Shown one piece after another: positions 1-15,000 of a stretch of DNA of 64,000 nucleotides (position 1 is its first letter; each line of letters starts with the position of its first letter). Source of the stretch: a virus. The notes below the pieces were generated by a model that was not told where the DNA came from, made no database searches, and was given only the letters and a program-made list of their open reading frames with translations. The stretch is from IMG/VR virus record IMGVR_UViG_3300046171_000225, positions 1 to 64,000 of that record; one strand, given 5' to 3'. The translations under genes and the position numbers were made by a program.

Positions 1-3000
1 CTGGGTATGTAATTTTGTCTTCCGATGGATGGGGAACGCAATCTAGCGAGACGCAAGGCTGGGGTGTCCCCAATAATCTAGAATATATTGAGCTCTACGG
101 AGGCCCGAACACTTCTTCAAACGGAATGGTTGGTAAAACAATACATTCTGAATTTTCTGCATCGAACATTTATGATGCAGACATTTATGATACTGAGGGT
201 GTTCTATCTCTCGGCAAGCAGGGCACAAGAGAATCAAACCTTAAATTTGACTGGACTAAGGGACAAACTATTGAGTTTTGGCTGAAAAAAGACCAATTTG
301 TTGACTCGTTAACCGAGAAAGAAGTTGTTTTTGACCTCTGGAACGGGGAGACAACAGGTAGTGAAAACCCTTCGTATGGTAGGTTAACACTTTACTTAAC
401 TGGCGCTACCTCGCCTAACACTGCGCCATTTAGGGTTAACTTCATGTCTGGTACCACGGGCTTCCATGACATAAACTTTGATCTTGATCTAACCAAGGCA
501 CAGGTATCTGACGGGACTTGGAGGCATTATGCTTTTGCGTTTAAAAATAATGCTGGTCAGACTACAATTGACGCTTATGTTAATGGGGACAAAAAGCAGA
601 CATTAGGCCCTTTATCGTTAAATGTTCTAGAAGTAACTGGTGCCCTGAGGGCTAGAATAGGTGCTCTCACAACTGCTCCTTCTGGTAACGCTTACCATGG
701 GGTCGATTTAGCAGGCGCAGCTAAACTGTCGGCAGCTTTAGATGAATTTAGATATTGGAAAGTTGAAAGAACTCATGAAGATATATCAAAAAATTATTTC
801 AGACATGTTTACGGTGGCACTAATACAGATATATCAAACACAGAGCTTGGCGTTTACTATAAATTTAATGAAGGTATCACATCTGACTCAACAATCGACG
901 CAACAGTTCTAGATTATTCTGGACGTATAACAAACGGCAGTTGGATAGGGTACCCTGGTAGTAGTGCAAGAAATATCGGTTCTGCCATAGTGTCAGCAAG
1001 TGCTGCCGAAAGAGAAGAGGCAGACCCAATTGTCCACCCAGAACACCCAGACGTAGTGAGCAAAAGAAGTGAACTCTCAACAAGTGGTTCAGCTTACGAC
1101 TACCAGAATAACTCTTCAATATACTACACCCTTCCTACATGGATAATCGAAGAGGATGATGAGGGTGGGGAGGTATTAAATCTTACACAGATCATATCAA
1201 GCTACTTTGATACTCTTCATTCGCAAGTTTCAGAAGTAAATAGACTAAGAGATATAAATTATGTAAGTTCAAGCCAAAAGCCATATCCATTCTCTAGTAG
1301 GTTGCTGGAGTCTGCGGGTTTGTTTGCACCAGAGATATTTGTTGATGCTTCAATCTTAGAACAGTTTAGGGCACAAAGCGAAACTGAATTGTATGAAAAA
1401 GATCTTTTTGAAATAAAAAATCTTATCTATCAAAACATTTATAACAACCTGGTGTACATCTATAAATCAAAAGGCACCGAGAAATCATTTAGAAACATTA
1501 TAAGATGTTACGGGGTAGACGATGAATTAATTAGATTCAATCTTTATGGGAACAATATCACACACAAGATTCGTGATAATTTTAGAACAACCGTAGTAAA
1601 GAAAAAATATGCTGACTTTAATGCAACAAGCAGATTTAATGCTACTGTTACCCATCAAACAGCCAGTGCTAATTCCGACAGCTATGCGACTTATGTGTCT
1701 TCTTCTTCAAGAGATATAGCACGAACATCTGAAATAGAAGTTATTTTTCCGAAGAAATTTGATAAAAATGATCCAAATTATTTTGAAACCTCTTTCCTGA
1801 GTTCGTCTGTCTTTGGTTGGCACAGAGTAGATACCTCTAGAGACGCAGACGATTATACTTGGTATGCCACTGCAGGATCAGACCGCGCACTACAGGTTTA
1901 TGCTGTTCGCCCCACTGAAGAATCTAAAGATGCTTATTTTGTACTTTCTAATCGAGATAAGTCTGTTTTCTTAACAAGCAGTGTATATCAAAATGTTTAC
2001 GATAACACAAAGTGGAATCTTGCAGTAAGGACTTACCTAGGGAAAAAAGACCATGCTGATATGGTGTCAGGATCTGCAGGGACTACTTCTGGAGACAGTG
2101 TTATTCTTGAGTTGTATGGCTGTAATGTAGAGCTAGGCGTGGTTAAAAATCAGTTTAGTATAACAGAGTCTCTTACAAGAAGCAGCCTAACGACACAATA
2201 TATTTATTCAGATAGAAGGTATTACGCTGGAGCGCATCGAGTAAACTTTACTGGTTCTCTAGATACTAGTTCTGACTTAAAGATATCTTCTTTGCGCCAT
2301 TGGGACTCTTTCCTAGAAGACATAGAAATTCAAGCCCATGCGAGAGATGTAGAAAACTACGGTGTGCTACGTCCTAATGAAAGTACTTATCTTTTTGTAG
2401 ATGATCTAAAAGGCTACCATATTCCAAAAATAGAAACTCTTTCCTTACATTGGAATTTTGACGACGTGACAGGGTCTAATGCAGATGGTGAGTTCTTAGT
2501 CAATGACTTTTCTTCTGGCTCTCTGTCCAAGAGTGGTAGGTATCCGAACGCTGCTCAGAAGATTGCATCCATCACAAACCAACACACAGGACGAGGATAT
2601 TTCTTTGAGGCTGATGCTACTGCCTCTGTTGCTGTAGAATACGTGCAGTCTTCTAAACAGACAATTCCTGAGGTTGTCACAAGCGATGACATGACTAACA
2701 TCCTGCAGTTTGATGACGAGACTTTTGACAAGGACAGCAGAAGCATAAATCATTACTTTGCGATTGAAAAGAGTATGTACCAGACCGTTTCGGACGAAAT
2801 GTTAAATATGTTTGGTACGATTGTAGGGTTCAATAACTTAATCGGAGAGCCTGTAAATAAATATAGACAAGAATACAAGGGTCTCGCAAAATTAAGAAAC
2901 CTGTTTTTTGAAAGAGTACAGAACACTCCGGACCTGGATAAATATGTTGACTTCTACAGATGGATTGACTCTTCTTTATCGATTATATTGCGACAGCTGA

Positions 3001-6000
3001 TCCCGGCTTCTGCCAATACCTCCGAAGACATTAGGACCATGGTAGAGAGCCATGCCCTAGAAAGAAATAAGTACCATCACAAGTACCCAGGCCTGGAGCT
3101 TAAGGCAGGAACAATTGAAGCAGGAATGAATGGAATTAATAAATTTGAGCCTGATGAAATTGCAAACTGGAGATTTGCTCATGCTCCTACTAGTGACAGC
3201 GAAGCTGACAACACTATCTATTGGAAATATGCAGAGGCATATCATCCTGTTCTTTCGTCCAGTGTTCTAGGTGTCAATAACACTAGAGACGCCATTATAA
3301 CTTCTAAGAAAGCAGCAAGAGACAGAAGGAATAGCAGACCGTATAAAATGTCCGCAGAACTTCTAGGATCTGAGGATAAAGTCTCAAGATTTGGGACTGG
3401 TAGGAGAACTATCCATGGTGGAGTTAATCTTCCTACAAACACTAGGCCCGGTGCTTTCATTGACAAATACACAGAAAATTATGGTGCTGCTTTAGCTACA
3501 GTCACGAGAGACAGTGATTCAATTAGGGATATAAATGATGTAATTCACCCTATGCATAAAAAATACTTTACTTACTCAGTCGATAGCGCATTTGATGGCT
3601 TAAAAGGACAAAATTATCTTCCATTTAGATACTTAAGTGGTAGCTTAGATGCTGGCTATAACACCACCTTTACTGATTTCCAGGCTGTCAATATACACTC
3701 ATTTGAATCTTACCACTTGGGTGGAGAAATCCCAATGCAAACTCCATTTACTGAAAAATTCGTGGGTGGTTTCTTATCAAGACACCAAAACATTTCAGAT
3801 GGCACTGATGACGCGTCTACAAGAGCAGAGTCTTTTAAAGTAAGTCCTTCCTCTACTACCCTTACGTTCCAAGGCCCAGACGCGACGCCATGGCCTCGTG
3901 CAACAAGGCCGTACTCTGTCTTTACAAGAAATGTAAAAGCCAAAAGACCAGTCAATATTGAAAATCTACAGATAACCACTGGTAGTGAAACCTTAGGAAA
4001 CTACACAAATATTAGAGAAGTTGTACAACTTTCTGGTAGAGCGGGTGGCGATAGTCAGTTTGTGGCAGCTGAAGGAGTTGTGGTCACTAATCTAACTTCT
4101 ACCGAAGTTTCAGGAATAGTGGATACTGAGGTTGCTTTCTTCTCCAGCTCTGCTCATAGTATGATAGAGAGGTTCTCCTCCCCTGGCAGCTTCGACACTG
4201 CCCATGGCGCTCTAGACGCAGCTACAGGACAGTACAGTGTGTATAGCGCTCTCCCGTACAGGAACTTATCAGTTAGAGCACCATTGACAAGACTTTTGTC
4301 AGCCTCCACATCACAGTTTGGCTATAAGCCGGGAGTTTTGGCTAATGCTGATGACTATTCTGGCGTTGCAAACTTTCATAAAATTAATAGGAATACTCTT
4401 AAGAGGATTGAGTTTGGCAACGAGTACCATGGAGATGCTGGGACTATAGTAACGGGGACAGTCAATGACAACGGGTTCCTTTCCAGGCCTCTTCCACAGA
4501 GTGATTTACAATACTCTTGGCTGTCTGCTTCGTACCTTTCAACAGCGACTGGAGGCACAAAAGCAAATAAAAATGTTATGCTCGGATATGCCCCATCTAA
4601 TTTTGAAGTGTCCACTTCTTCTGGCTTTGTTAACGCGATCACCTTTGTAAGCGAAAGTGATCAAACGACTACAACAGGAAATCGTATTGACTTCGTAGGA
4701 TTAAACACACTTTACTATGACCCTACTGATTTAACAACACAGACTCTAGGCCACCCTACTTCAACAGGTATTGTAACTTACTCTACTGTCAACTTCGGAT
4801 ACACAAGTGATATTGGCCAAGGCTTTAACGCCCTCTTGGCTCACAGAGGAGATGTCTTTGGGTTTAACTCTTGGAAACAAATACGAACAGGACATCACCC
4901 GGTAGCAAGATTACTGAGGAGAAACCAGATTATTTCTGTCGAGGAAGGTGACAGACAGAGCTTTACAGAAGATGGTAGAGTCTTGCCGTCTCAAAGATAT
5001 GGAGAGTTTAGGCAGTACAGAGAGTCCCCAGTTATAACAAAATACAAGCCTGTGGTACAAGAATTTGACAGCCTAAGTGTAGAATCATCGTATACAAATA
5101 ATATTTCTTACTTTTCTAATTTGGATTTAAATGAAAATTACGCTGGTACTCCTGACAGCCAAATGTATGACAGAGTAAAAGGACTTTATGGAGACAAGTT
5201 TGAAGCTCTTGTTTATAGGGAGGCTGTCTACCCGGCAGAAAAAAATGCTTATTCAAACAAGATCAGGCAGAGAGAAGGTTACAAGATTGATTTCTGGCAT
5301 TCTGATAGACAGACGAGAGACGACAATAAGGCTGACAAGGTTAGTCTCGGAGGAAGAAGTAAGTATAGTGTTTGGGCTCTAGATACCAGAACCACATTCG
5401 AAACTTATAACTTCCAAGGCGTAAAAGCCATCAATGACGCAACTAATCCAACTGGAGAACTACAGAATTTTGGCTCATACGCACATTTCTCCTCTGAGAA
5501 AGCACACTTGACATCATCTGCTCTATATGCACATAAACATTTTATGGCAACAAGTGCTTCGGTTGTAGCTCCTTCTGGGCTGGATATATCCCAATTTGGA
5601 AATGCCGTAGGAACTGGTAACAACATCTTTGGTAAGATTGACATCGGCAATGGAAACGCGGTATGGCAGGCGGGACAACTCGCAGGAACAGTTAAAGATG
5701 GCGTGTTTGTAACGGGATCACAAGATCGAGCCAACCCTGCATACGACAGCTATGAAGATTATGCCAATGAAATAAGACCACACGGCAAAGATTACTCTAT
5801 CGTTCCAGAGTTTAGAATGAGCGATCATATTCCATACTATGTTTCAACCATGTCCGGTGATTTTCTCGCTCCTAATAGTTCTTCACTTAGTATATTCGGA
5901 GCCTCTGGATCTTCCGATGTACCAACAGATAGTGGATACAAAGATTTTTATAATGTGTACACAAATTCAGATTTCTTGAAATATTTTGATATCATAAAGA

Positions 6001-8092
6001 AAGAGCATGATGGGATCGCAGCAGACAGTGAAATAACCTTGACATGCAAAGCTTTGAAGAAATTCTTGCCGTATAATGGATTTTACCCATCAGAAAGAAC
6101 TCTTCAAATGGCCACACAGTTTTCTTCATCTTACATGCCATATGTAAGTTTTACTGGAGGGGATATCCAGTACGAAAATGCTAAAGTCAGGCCGTTCTTG
6201 GAAACTTTGTATGCCCCTGGTATTGTTTATAACTCGGTCAAGAGCGGAATTGGCGTTCCTTACCCTGTTTTAACAAGTAGTTATGAAGTACAGAGTCTTG
6301 GCGATGATTACTATGCTATTAGTTCTAGCCTTGCTAGTGTTGACCACAAATTCCGAATGATTGATTTTGAAGCTGCTATTGAGCCTGAAAAGTATCTTTC
6401 TGATGTGCCAATTCATGATCCAAGTCCACATCCGTTTACTCACTTAAATCTTACTGCTTCTTGGAATGGAAAGGGAGATCCACTATATCGGATGATGGCA
6501 AACAATTTCTTTGGTGAATGTCCTGAATTCTTCCTTAGAAACTCTAACATGACAACAATCACTTCGCTTCCTGAAAGTGATCCTAGGTTTGGTAATGCAA
6601 TTAGTGGAAATGTATACTGTGGTAGAATCCGCATGTTCAGAAGCATGAACGCACCAAGAAAGTTTTCCACAGACTATGAGTTGCCACAAGACGATCCAGC
6701 ACAAGCGGACCTGCGCGAGACCTTCACTATGTACAGTCGTCCCTCGGCCTTCTACCACCCTGTCACAGGGCGCAATGACTTAGCTCAGTCCGACCATGAC
6801 GGCAGCGATACTCACAGAGGATGCTTGATTCGTACAGCGGGTACAACTGGGTTGGAACCCCTCCTTATTACCATGGCGAAGCATGGCTTGATGTTCAATT
6901 TACTGCTACGGAGACCAAGAAGTACACATTGGCTGAGATTCTTGGCAACATCGATGGCGTCTCTGAATCTGAGGTTCGATAACAGCTGCTACAGGTTGGT
7001 AACGATGGCGGATTTCTACAAGAGCACTCTGGTGGTATAAGGCAGAACATTATCGACTTGGAGCGATGTTCTCATCACTGACGGGAAGGTCAGGATTAAG
7101 TCTGTATCTTACGATCCTGCCACGGGCGAGGCTCTAGAGGTCAGCGATGACCCGACAGCTAATCATGTTGCGATGGTGATCCAGCCTAAATGGGAAACGC
7201 CTATGTTTAACTTTGGCTGAGTCTGCTGTCAATATTGGAGGGAACCTCACTTTGCCAACTTATGGTTCGGAGTCTGTCCCAAGGGGCATGTGGCATCAAT
7301 TTGGGCTGCCGCCAGAGTCACCAGATAAGGGTGTATTCTTGCAGTTTACAGATGTCCCACAAGATTGGATGGAAAATCATCCAAATGTAAATGCTAATTT
7401 CTATGATAATGGTAATGCAAAATCATTTGTAGATTTGTTAGGATTTGATCAAAATCCTAGAAGGCTAGGAGAAGTTGCACAATCTAAAGTTGTGAAAGAG
7501 GCGGTGGTAGCAGTTCCATTCATTGAAGAAGGGGGGAGAAGGAAAATGTTTGATATCCCTAGAGATATCGCAGAACAAGCTCGTCTAAATAAGTTGCCTT
7601 CTGATAACTCGGTGCAGCAGATGTTCAACAAGATGAGCGATTATGTATTCCCACCAACATTTGATTTTGTTACAAACGTAGATCAGAAGCCTTTTGCAAT
7701 GTACATCTTCGAATTTGAGCATACTTTTGACCAAGATGACTTGATTCATATGTGGCAGAACCTACCTCCTAAGTCTATAGAAAGAGTGGAAAAAAGAGAG
7801 GTATCTATTACTCACCCATTCTTGGCGGACCAACTATTAGGGGAAGAGATGCCCGAGAAACTAAAGTGGATGGTATTCAAAGTCAAGCAGAAAGCGGTCA
7901 AGAACTACTTCTCCAAGATTGCCTCCAAGAGTGGCGATAACATCGATGATGATAGATATAAGTTTGATTTCTCAATTGGCGGAAGAAAACAACAACTAGA
8001 TTATAGTTATAACTGGCCATATGACTTTCTTCTCTCTGGTAGAGATGGTTAAAATAGACGCCGAAGTTGTTCTAGAGGGTGACGAAGAATGA
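1..8092 (+). CDS. Giant virion structural protein with N-terminal LamG/concanavalin-like domain(s); 5' end open; broken by apparent indels near 6820-7215 and 8035
   Basis: ORF 15..7040 is open upstream. It has LamG-like motifs (TIEFWLK; WRHYAFAF; LDEFRYWK..R; YYKFNEG..VLDYSG). Protein-like sequence continues in other frames (TPPYYHGEAW ~6860; VIQPKWETPMFNF ~7180; ORF 7213..8052) and ends FSLVEMVKIDAEVVLEGDEE-TGA at 8092, overlapping the next ATG. Confidence 0.7.
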
Positions 8093-9201
8093 AGTTCATG
8101 GATAAAAAAGAGCAAGTTCTTGGACATTCAAATGACACCCTATGGTGAGTATTTACTAGCTCAGGGGGAGTTTAGGCCGGAGTACTACGCATTCTTCGAT
8201 GACAATATTTTGTACGATAGCAGCCACGCAGATGTGCCAGAAGCACAGAACAACACTAGAAGGTAGGGTGCAGGAAGAAACTCCACAGCTTGAAGGGCCA
8301 GGTTGTTTTCTCTGACCGAAATATTTTTTCTAGAAAAGGCCTAACTGCCAAAGCTTGGGGTGGTCAATCAGCTTGGGAAAGTTGTACAGGAAGGACAGAC
8401 ATTGAACAAGACAGCGAAACAGTAACAGACCTTTACTTTGAAAGAAAAATGTATGGCTCTAAAGAATCAACTAGGTACTTCTGACATACTGAAGACAGAC
8501 GCTCCCGCTTGGTCTATCAATATGATTAGAGGAGAAATTGATTCTTCAAGCAAAAGCATCACTGGTTCTGCCACCGTACTTCCCGCTTCAGCCGGGAGCT
8601 GTCAACTGGTATTCAAGCCCTACAATAAACGTCCCGCAAATCAACATTGATCTAGATTACGTACAGTGGGCGTAAAGTCAGATATTCAGTTTGTGTCGGA
8701 TACTGAACTGGCAGTGGAGTACCCTAATTCTCAATACTTAGATGTCAAGCCAGAGTTTGTGTTGGCCCAAATTTTAGAAAGAAACGCAGAGTTTAGTAAA
8801 GACAATTTTGAACTAGAAGTTTTCTTGGTTGAAGATGAGAACTGCCCCTGGTACCTCACTTAAAGGTAGAGAAGCTAAAGAAACTAGAATTTAAAAAGCC
8901 GATCAGCCTGGTCTCAGAGGGGATCCTCCGAGACCCAAGTGAGATACCTCTGTCCTCAGAGCCCATCACCCCAGACTATGTAGAATACTATTTGAATATA
9001 TTGGTGGACAACCAGATAGACACTCAACTTATTTGCTCCTCTCTAGAAGATCTAGAATCCAGAGGGTTCTTCATTGACACAGAAATAGAGTGTAGAGAGA
9101 CCAAAAATATTTCACTTGTGGATATTTATAGTACGGATGCTGTCTCTCCTGAATGCCCAGATCCTGACAATCCTTGCGATAACTTAGGAACGATTTACTG
9201 A
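8089..9201 (+). CDS. Putative baseplate/tail structural protein, fragmented by multiple indels
   Basis: Stitched N-terminus MKFMDKKEQVL-DIQMTPYGEYLLAQGEFRPEYYAFFDDNILYD resembles the N-terminus of 15868..16761. Fragments 8290, 8438, 8666 and 8992 tile the interval. ATGA overlap at the start and TGATG overlap at the end. Confidence 0.55.
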
Positions 9202-12090
9202 TGTCTAATATTGAAGAGATAAGAAGAATTGTAGGGTACGGTCTACCTTATGTCTATGTACATAGGATTAGAATTGACAACTCTACAATACTGCAAGGCG
9301 ATAAAAATTATTATCAAAACAATAATTTAGAAGTCATTAAAAATAAGTTTGGTAGAAATGTGCCACAACAAAAGACTAATGTAGATGACAAGGAGTACGA
9401 TAACGACAACGTTATTCAAACTACTTTAAACCTAAGGATACCGGAGATGCTTAGGAGAAGAAAGTGGTATCAGAAACTAGAGGGGCAGAGTTTATCTGTT
9501 ACCGTGATTCAAAGCTCCCATCCACAAGTATCTGAGATTCTTAACAGCACAGACAGATATAATGAAGAATTAATCCCACTAGATCTGAGAAAGTTTGTGG
9601 TAGCCCAGACGGTGACCCTTCCACAAAACATTGATCTTCATGGGTACAAAGATAGAGATATGGGAGATGATGTTCTCTGTTTTGTGCCCTTAGAAGTTTC
9701 TTTTAAATCAAATTCTTCTCACCTAAGGTACTTCTTATACTCCGAGATGGCTAACCGTGTCGGTGCAAAGACTATCGAAAAGGTTCTTGATAACAATAAT
9801 ATTAATTCTAAAACAACAACTTTCTATCTTCCTAACGGAGAAGTATGGGCTGGCCCTGTTCACTATCATGAGGGAGTCTGGATGGCAGGGCCTCGTCACA
9901 CAAGAAGGCCACACCCTACCCTAGAAAAAGTTGATCATAACAACGTTAAAATACAAGATTTTAGAACAATTCAAGCGCTAAATAAAATACAAAATGATAT
10001 TTTGTTCAGTGTTGATATGATAGATGTTAGAACATTTTCAAGCCTGTTTCTTTCGAGAGACGCAGAAGGTTCTGCTAGGGGAATCTTCGCAATGAACCCT
10101 ATAGCCCTCTTGGCAAAATCTTCACGGTACAATCGTCTTTTTATTACAGTTGCAAAAGAAAAACTACTTAAATATACAAAGATACAGTCTTTAAAAATAG
10201 TAAGAAGAAAAATAGAAAACAAAAACATTAATGATTACGATTATGTAAATCAGGCTTACCTATATGATATTATCGCTGAGTCTAGTGATGATGACAGAGG
10301 GATTCTGCAGAGAAAAAGTCAGTTTACAGATGCCAATGGTGACGGGATAGTAGAAAAGTATATAGGCTCAGTGTCGGAGAAGCGTTTAACTGGTCTTGGA
10401 AATAAGCGAGCTTTCTCTTTCCACGATCAGGAAATTAAAGATTTCCAAGAAGGCACTTTTCAATATGGAGTGGAGATAACTTCAACTGATCCTACAGTAC
10501 CATACATGAAAAGAGTTATAAAAGGTCTCAAGAGAGCACACAGTTTAATGAAAGAGTATTACGATTTAATGAACAACAAATCGTACTTTGATAACACTGG
10601 TGATTTGAGTGACAGGGCAGTGAGAGTTGTTGGTAAGTTTTATAGTTCGAGAGATAAGATAGAAGCAGTAAATTCTTTTAACGACTTTCCGTGGAGAAGG
10701 TCTATACGCATCTACCTTAGCATCCTGTCAGAGCTTTCTGGGAGAAATGCAAACTCATACGCCAGAAGGCTGTTCTCTATGGTTGGACCTTCGTCTAGAA
10801 GTCTTGAGGGAGTTGAAGCATTTCTGAGCTTACTACAGGGCTTCATCAAAACAATACAGACTTTTGCACCCCCTGACGAGCAAGAGTATTCTAGGGCAAG
10901 GAGTGTTGCGAAGTCAAATAAGAAACAAAATGTTAATACAATAACAACAACTTACTTTTTTGATTCAAAATTTGACAGCGGTATGTTAAACGGTTATGGG
11001 GTAGATTACTACGGAAGTGCATTGGTGAATAATTACACTGGTCCTTTGTCAATCTCATTGCCTTCTTTCTTGGCCAGATTCAGACAAGAAGCAGGAAAGA
11101 GAGGAGTACAGGTACCTTCAGGCCCACAAGCAGTCGGGTACAGAGAGTTCTACTCGAAGCTAAGTCCCGCAACAGTGAGAGCAGGAGCTCAAGTTTATGA
11201 GCTAGACGATCCTAGAAGTGCTAGAGAAGCTAGTATTCATCTATTAGCGAACGAGACAGATCAAAACACAGCCATGTCCAAAGTCCCTAGTGTAAGAACT
11301 ACCACATATGAGACTTTGCAAAAGATATTAGGTCAAAATGGTAAATCTGCAAAAGTTAGAAGGGCTGTAAGGCGAAGAAGAAGAAAAGACTATTCTGATC
11401 CGACGACACACGGTGGCGCACAAGGGAGCCGTTCGTTTGATTCCACTGAGGTCTTACCTAATAAACTAGAGGATGGCTTCAATTCAAACCCAACGAGAGA
11501 CGCAGGGAAAAATGAACCTGAGGTGTTAACGGTAGATGAGACAATGCTCGACAGCATTGTTGGAGTTGGAGCTAACACACTATTAGATGATTATGAAACA
11601 GGCATAAGATACGTTACATCATTTGATGACAACATGGAACCGACAACAGTTGATGCACCGTATGCCTCTCCAGACCCTTACATGGCAATTTTCATTGGAG
11701 ATACACAGGCAGGGGATGACACATTAAATGAAGTTGTAGTTGTACAAGCAGCGCAGCCCGAAGCTCAGCCTGTGCCGGTACAGCAGGAAAAACACTCCAG
11801 TCACAGAAACTGAACAGGCTCCTGTACCAGAAGAATATGAAGAGGAGCCTGTCATTACTCTTACATCGGTTGCAGACAATGCAGAGAGTATCATAGACTC
11901 TGTTTATAATACAGGCGCTGAGGAATCCGTGCGAGTCGAGACAGTTAGAATAACTCGAAATGAGATCACAACTGACGTTGCTCAAACAGTTACGAGCACC
12001 ACCACACAGGTAGAAAACGAACAAGTAGTTGTTACAGGCACTACGACACGGAATCAGGTAACTACAGGAGGAAGTACGGGTGGCTACTAA
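9201..12090 (+). CDS. Hypothetical virion-associated protein (ORF 9201..11813, probably joined to 11740..12090 across an A-run indel near 11790)
   Basis: 870-aa ORF in the structural cluster with a WAGPVHYH..MAGPRHT motif. Its low-complexity E/T/P/V tail continues in the 11740 frame. Confidence 0.55.
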
Positions 12091-15000
12091 AAAATACATA
12101 AGTCCTGATTCTTTCATAGGATCCATTAGAGATAACCTTCGAAAGGTAACAGGACAATACTGGTACACAACTTCCGATGGAAACCTAGTGTTCGGGGATG
12201 TCAACAGAGTGAGCGATCCTAGATTGCTTAAAGATTTCTCTTCTTTTTCTTACAATACAAAAGAGATCTTTGGAAGAGGTGACGTTGTAAGAACCTTAGA
12301 TATTAAAAAAGTTAAGTCTGATGAGGCAGAAGGAAATGGGTATATAGCATTTCAAGATTATGGAGTTTTAGAGATTCCTGGCACAGCGGAACGCTCTATC
12401 GTCCTTGAAATATTCCATTCCACTGAGGGTGACGGAGAAGACGCACAGCCATACCAAACGCTAACACAGTTCACTGTCGATGTTCAAGAGCTTTTCAAAA
12501 ATCCTGGGGAGGGATTCTTCTTTGAAGAGAGTTTTCAATATGAATTTGCGGACGCCTCAGAAGATTTATACGCTTACTCAGATTACCATTACCTCAATGA
12601 AAAGTACGAGAACTTATCTAACTCTACTATAGAAACAGCATTGCCAAACTTCTATGCTATCTCTTTAATAGACTATGATTTTTCGGCCACACCACAACAC
12701 ATTAAAGATCATGCTCTAGTGCTAGGTAACGTGGATTCTTCCTTAATCATATCACAGGGAGTCTTGAGTGACGACATAGCAACTGTTGTAGACGAGTATG
12801 AATATAGTTTAACAGTTCCATACACAAATTACTTAGATACTTGGGTTGACTCTTATGTTGACCTTACGTTTGCGGAGACTTCTTTAATAATTGATGGAAC
12901 AAAGAGCGTGATCCAGACGTATTCTTCTTACACTGATGGCCTTGGCATAAATGGTGATAAGATCTTTGACTTAAACGAAAGAAAAACAAAATTCCCATTT
13001 GCTGCTGGAATTGTTTTTACCACTGAGGGCAAAACAACAAACGTCATACAAGAACCTGTTGCAGATACGATTGGCTCTCTTGACTTGTTTAGTACATGGA
13101 CATCTCATGTATTATCTTCTTTAGATCCATTTACTTTCTCGGTTGTGGAGGAAGAAGAAGTTTACGAGTTCTCTGCAAAAACTTACTATAACATGGGGTC
13201 AGAACAAGAGTTGTTAAATGCTTCGCCAACTCTATTTGAACTCGAAGCTGGAAGTTTTGATGGCGACACAAACACTAATTCTTTCTCTCACATGCTGTTT
13301 GAAGACTTTGCTGAAGTGACCTCTGAGAATGCTTTCGCTTCTAGGCAAGAAAGAATGTTTTTGGACACGGTTAACTCACCGGAACTACAGAATTCAGATG
13401 CCCTATATGAGGACTTCCAGTCAGGCATCAACGATATGGCTCTGCTAACAGGTTTAGTGGGTCACAATAATAAATTACACACTGACGCTGGATCTTTTGA
13501 GCGGACTGTTGCTTCACGAGATGGCAGAATCTACAACGGCCTCTTCAATAGGGGAGACTACGCAGAGAGTCAAACAGTGGGGTACAGAGTAAGGAAGTAC
13601 AGAGGCCCTTCAGTCGTTGGAACACACATTCAAGAAATGTGGATACCGAACGCTCTTACTAACGAGTCTTTAATCGAGTATATTGATACACAAGTTAGGT
13701 ACGGAGAACAGTATACTTACGACATCCATGCTTACAAATATGTTTTTGGAACAAAGTACAAATACGAAGAAGTAGAAGCTCCAAATGTTAAGCAAATTGA
13801 AGAAGTGTTCAGCGGCGATGGCCAAATAGTTGGCTATAATTTTAGATGGTTCGGTGCAAAAAACCTCTTTGATGTTGCAAGTGTCTCTGGAGGGGATGAG
13901 TTTGGCCCAACCCTGCCAGAACCAGGTAGAGTTGGGGCACAAGTGTGGGAACTTGTAGCTTCTTTTCTAGCACAAGAATCTCCTCTCCTCAATACAATAT
14001 CAAGATATAGTGGTTATGCAGCCAGTTTACCAAATGGTAGTATTTTTGATGTTGATGATAGAATCACTGGCATCCAATCGTTAGAAACCTTCTGGATATT
14101 TAATCATTTTTACGATAGAGAGGTCTACCCTCTTAGGTATGCGGCTCCCAATCCAATATTAAATACTCAAATAACTGATGCTGCTTTACAAGACTTTATC
14201 GATACAGGCACTCCGAACTACTTGTATGGCGCAGACATAAAACAGCTTCCAGCTTGGTCAGATGAAAATGTAAGATTTTTTACTCTCGGGCAAATAAAAG
14301 ATATCATGCAAAAAGCTTGGTACACGAAACCAACTGGATTCCATAATGGCCAAACAGTTACATACCCAAGCTGGCAAGAAATCTGGGGCTTAGAGTGGAA
14401 CGACAATTTTATTCAAGTGGGACAAGACGGCCAGATATCAGAAAGTGATTCTGATGTAAAAGCAGCCATCAGGCGTCTACAGAGAGGAAATGTTAGCTTT
14501 CAGGCTTTCAGAACCGGAGCAGCTGGTGACCCTTCAGCTCTAGATCTAAGCGATTGGTTTAATTTATTTATGGGTTTCGATGATGGCATAATCGAAGGGT
14601 CTATCCCCGGTAACACTAGTCCTATCCCGTTAGCAATGTCTCCTTCGCACCATAGACTTAATGGGCGTCATATTCCGTGGGGCTCTCCTAACAATATAGA
14701 GCCCAGTGGGCCGAAAGAAAGAGTGCAAGATCTACAGTCAAACGTCCCATTTGAGGTTGGATATAACGGTGGATTTTATTCTGGCATAGAAACAAACCAA
14801 GTCATTCAAACTTTTGTAACAAACAATAATTCAGACAAAAATATACTACCGGGAGTTTCAAACGATGAGACTAGTTTTGGCATTGCAGAACTGGCTCCGG
14901 GTGAAGGTCTGCCTATTTTAAATACAATAGGTTACGGCGCTAAATACAGAGTAAGAATGCTCCCTTCTACTAGAATAGTAGAAGTTCCAATCGGCTCTCT

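Noticed and set aside
6810-9000. Pseudogenes or stop-codon reassignment
   Set aside because: The breaks are frame shifts, not in-frame stops of one codon type, and they are locally clustered.
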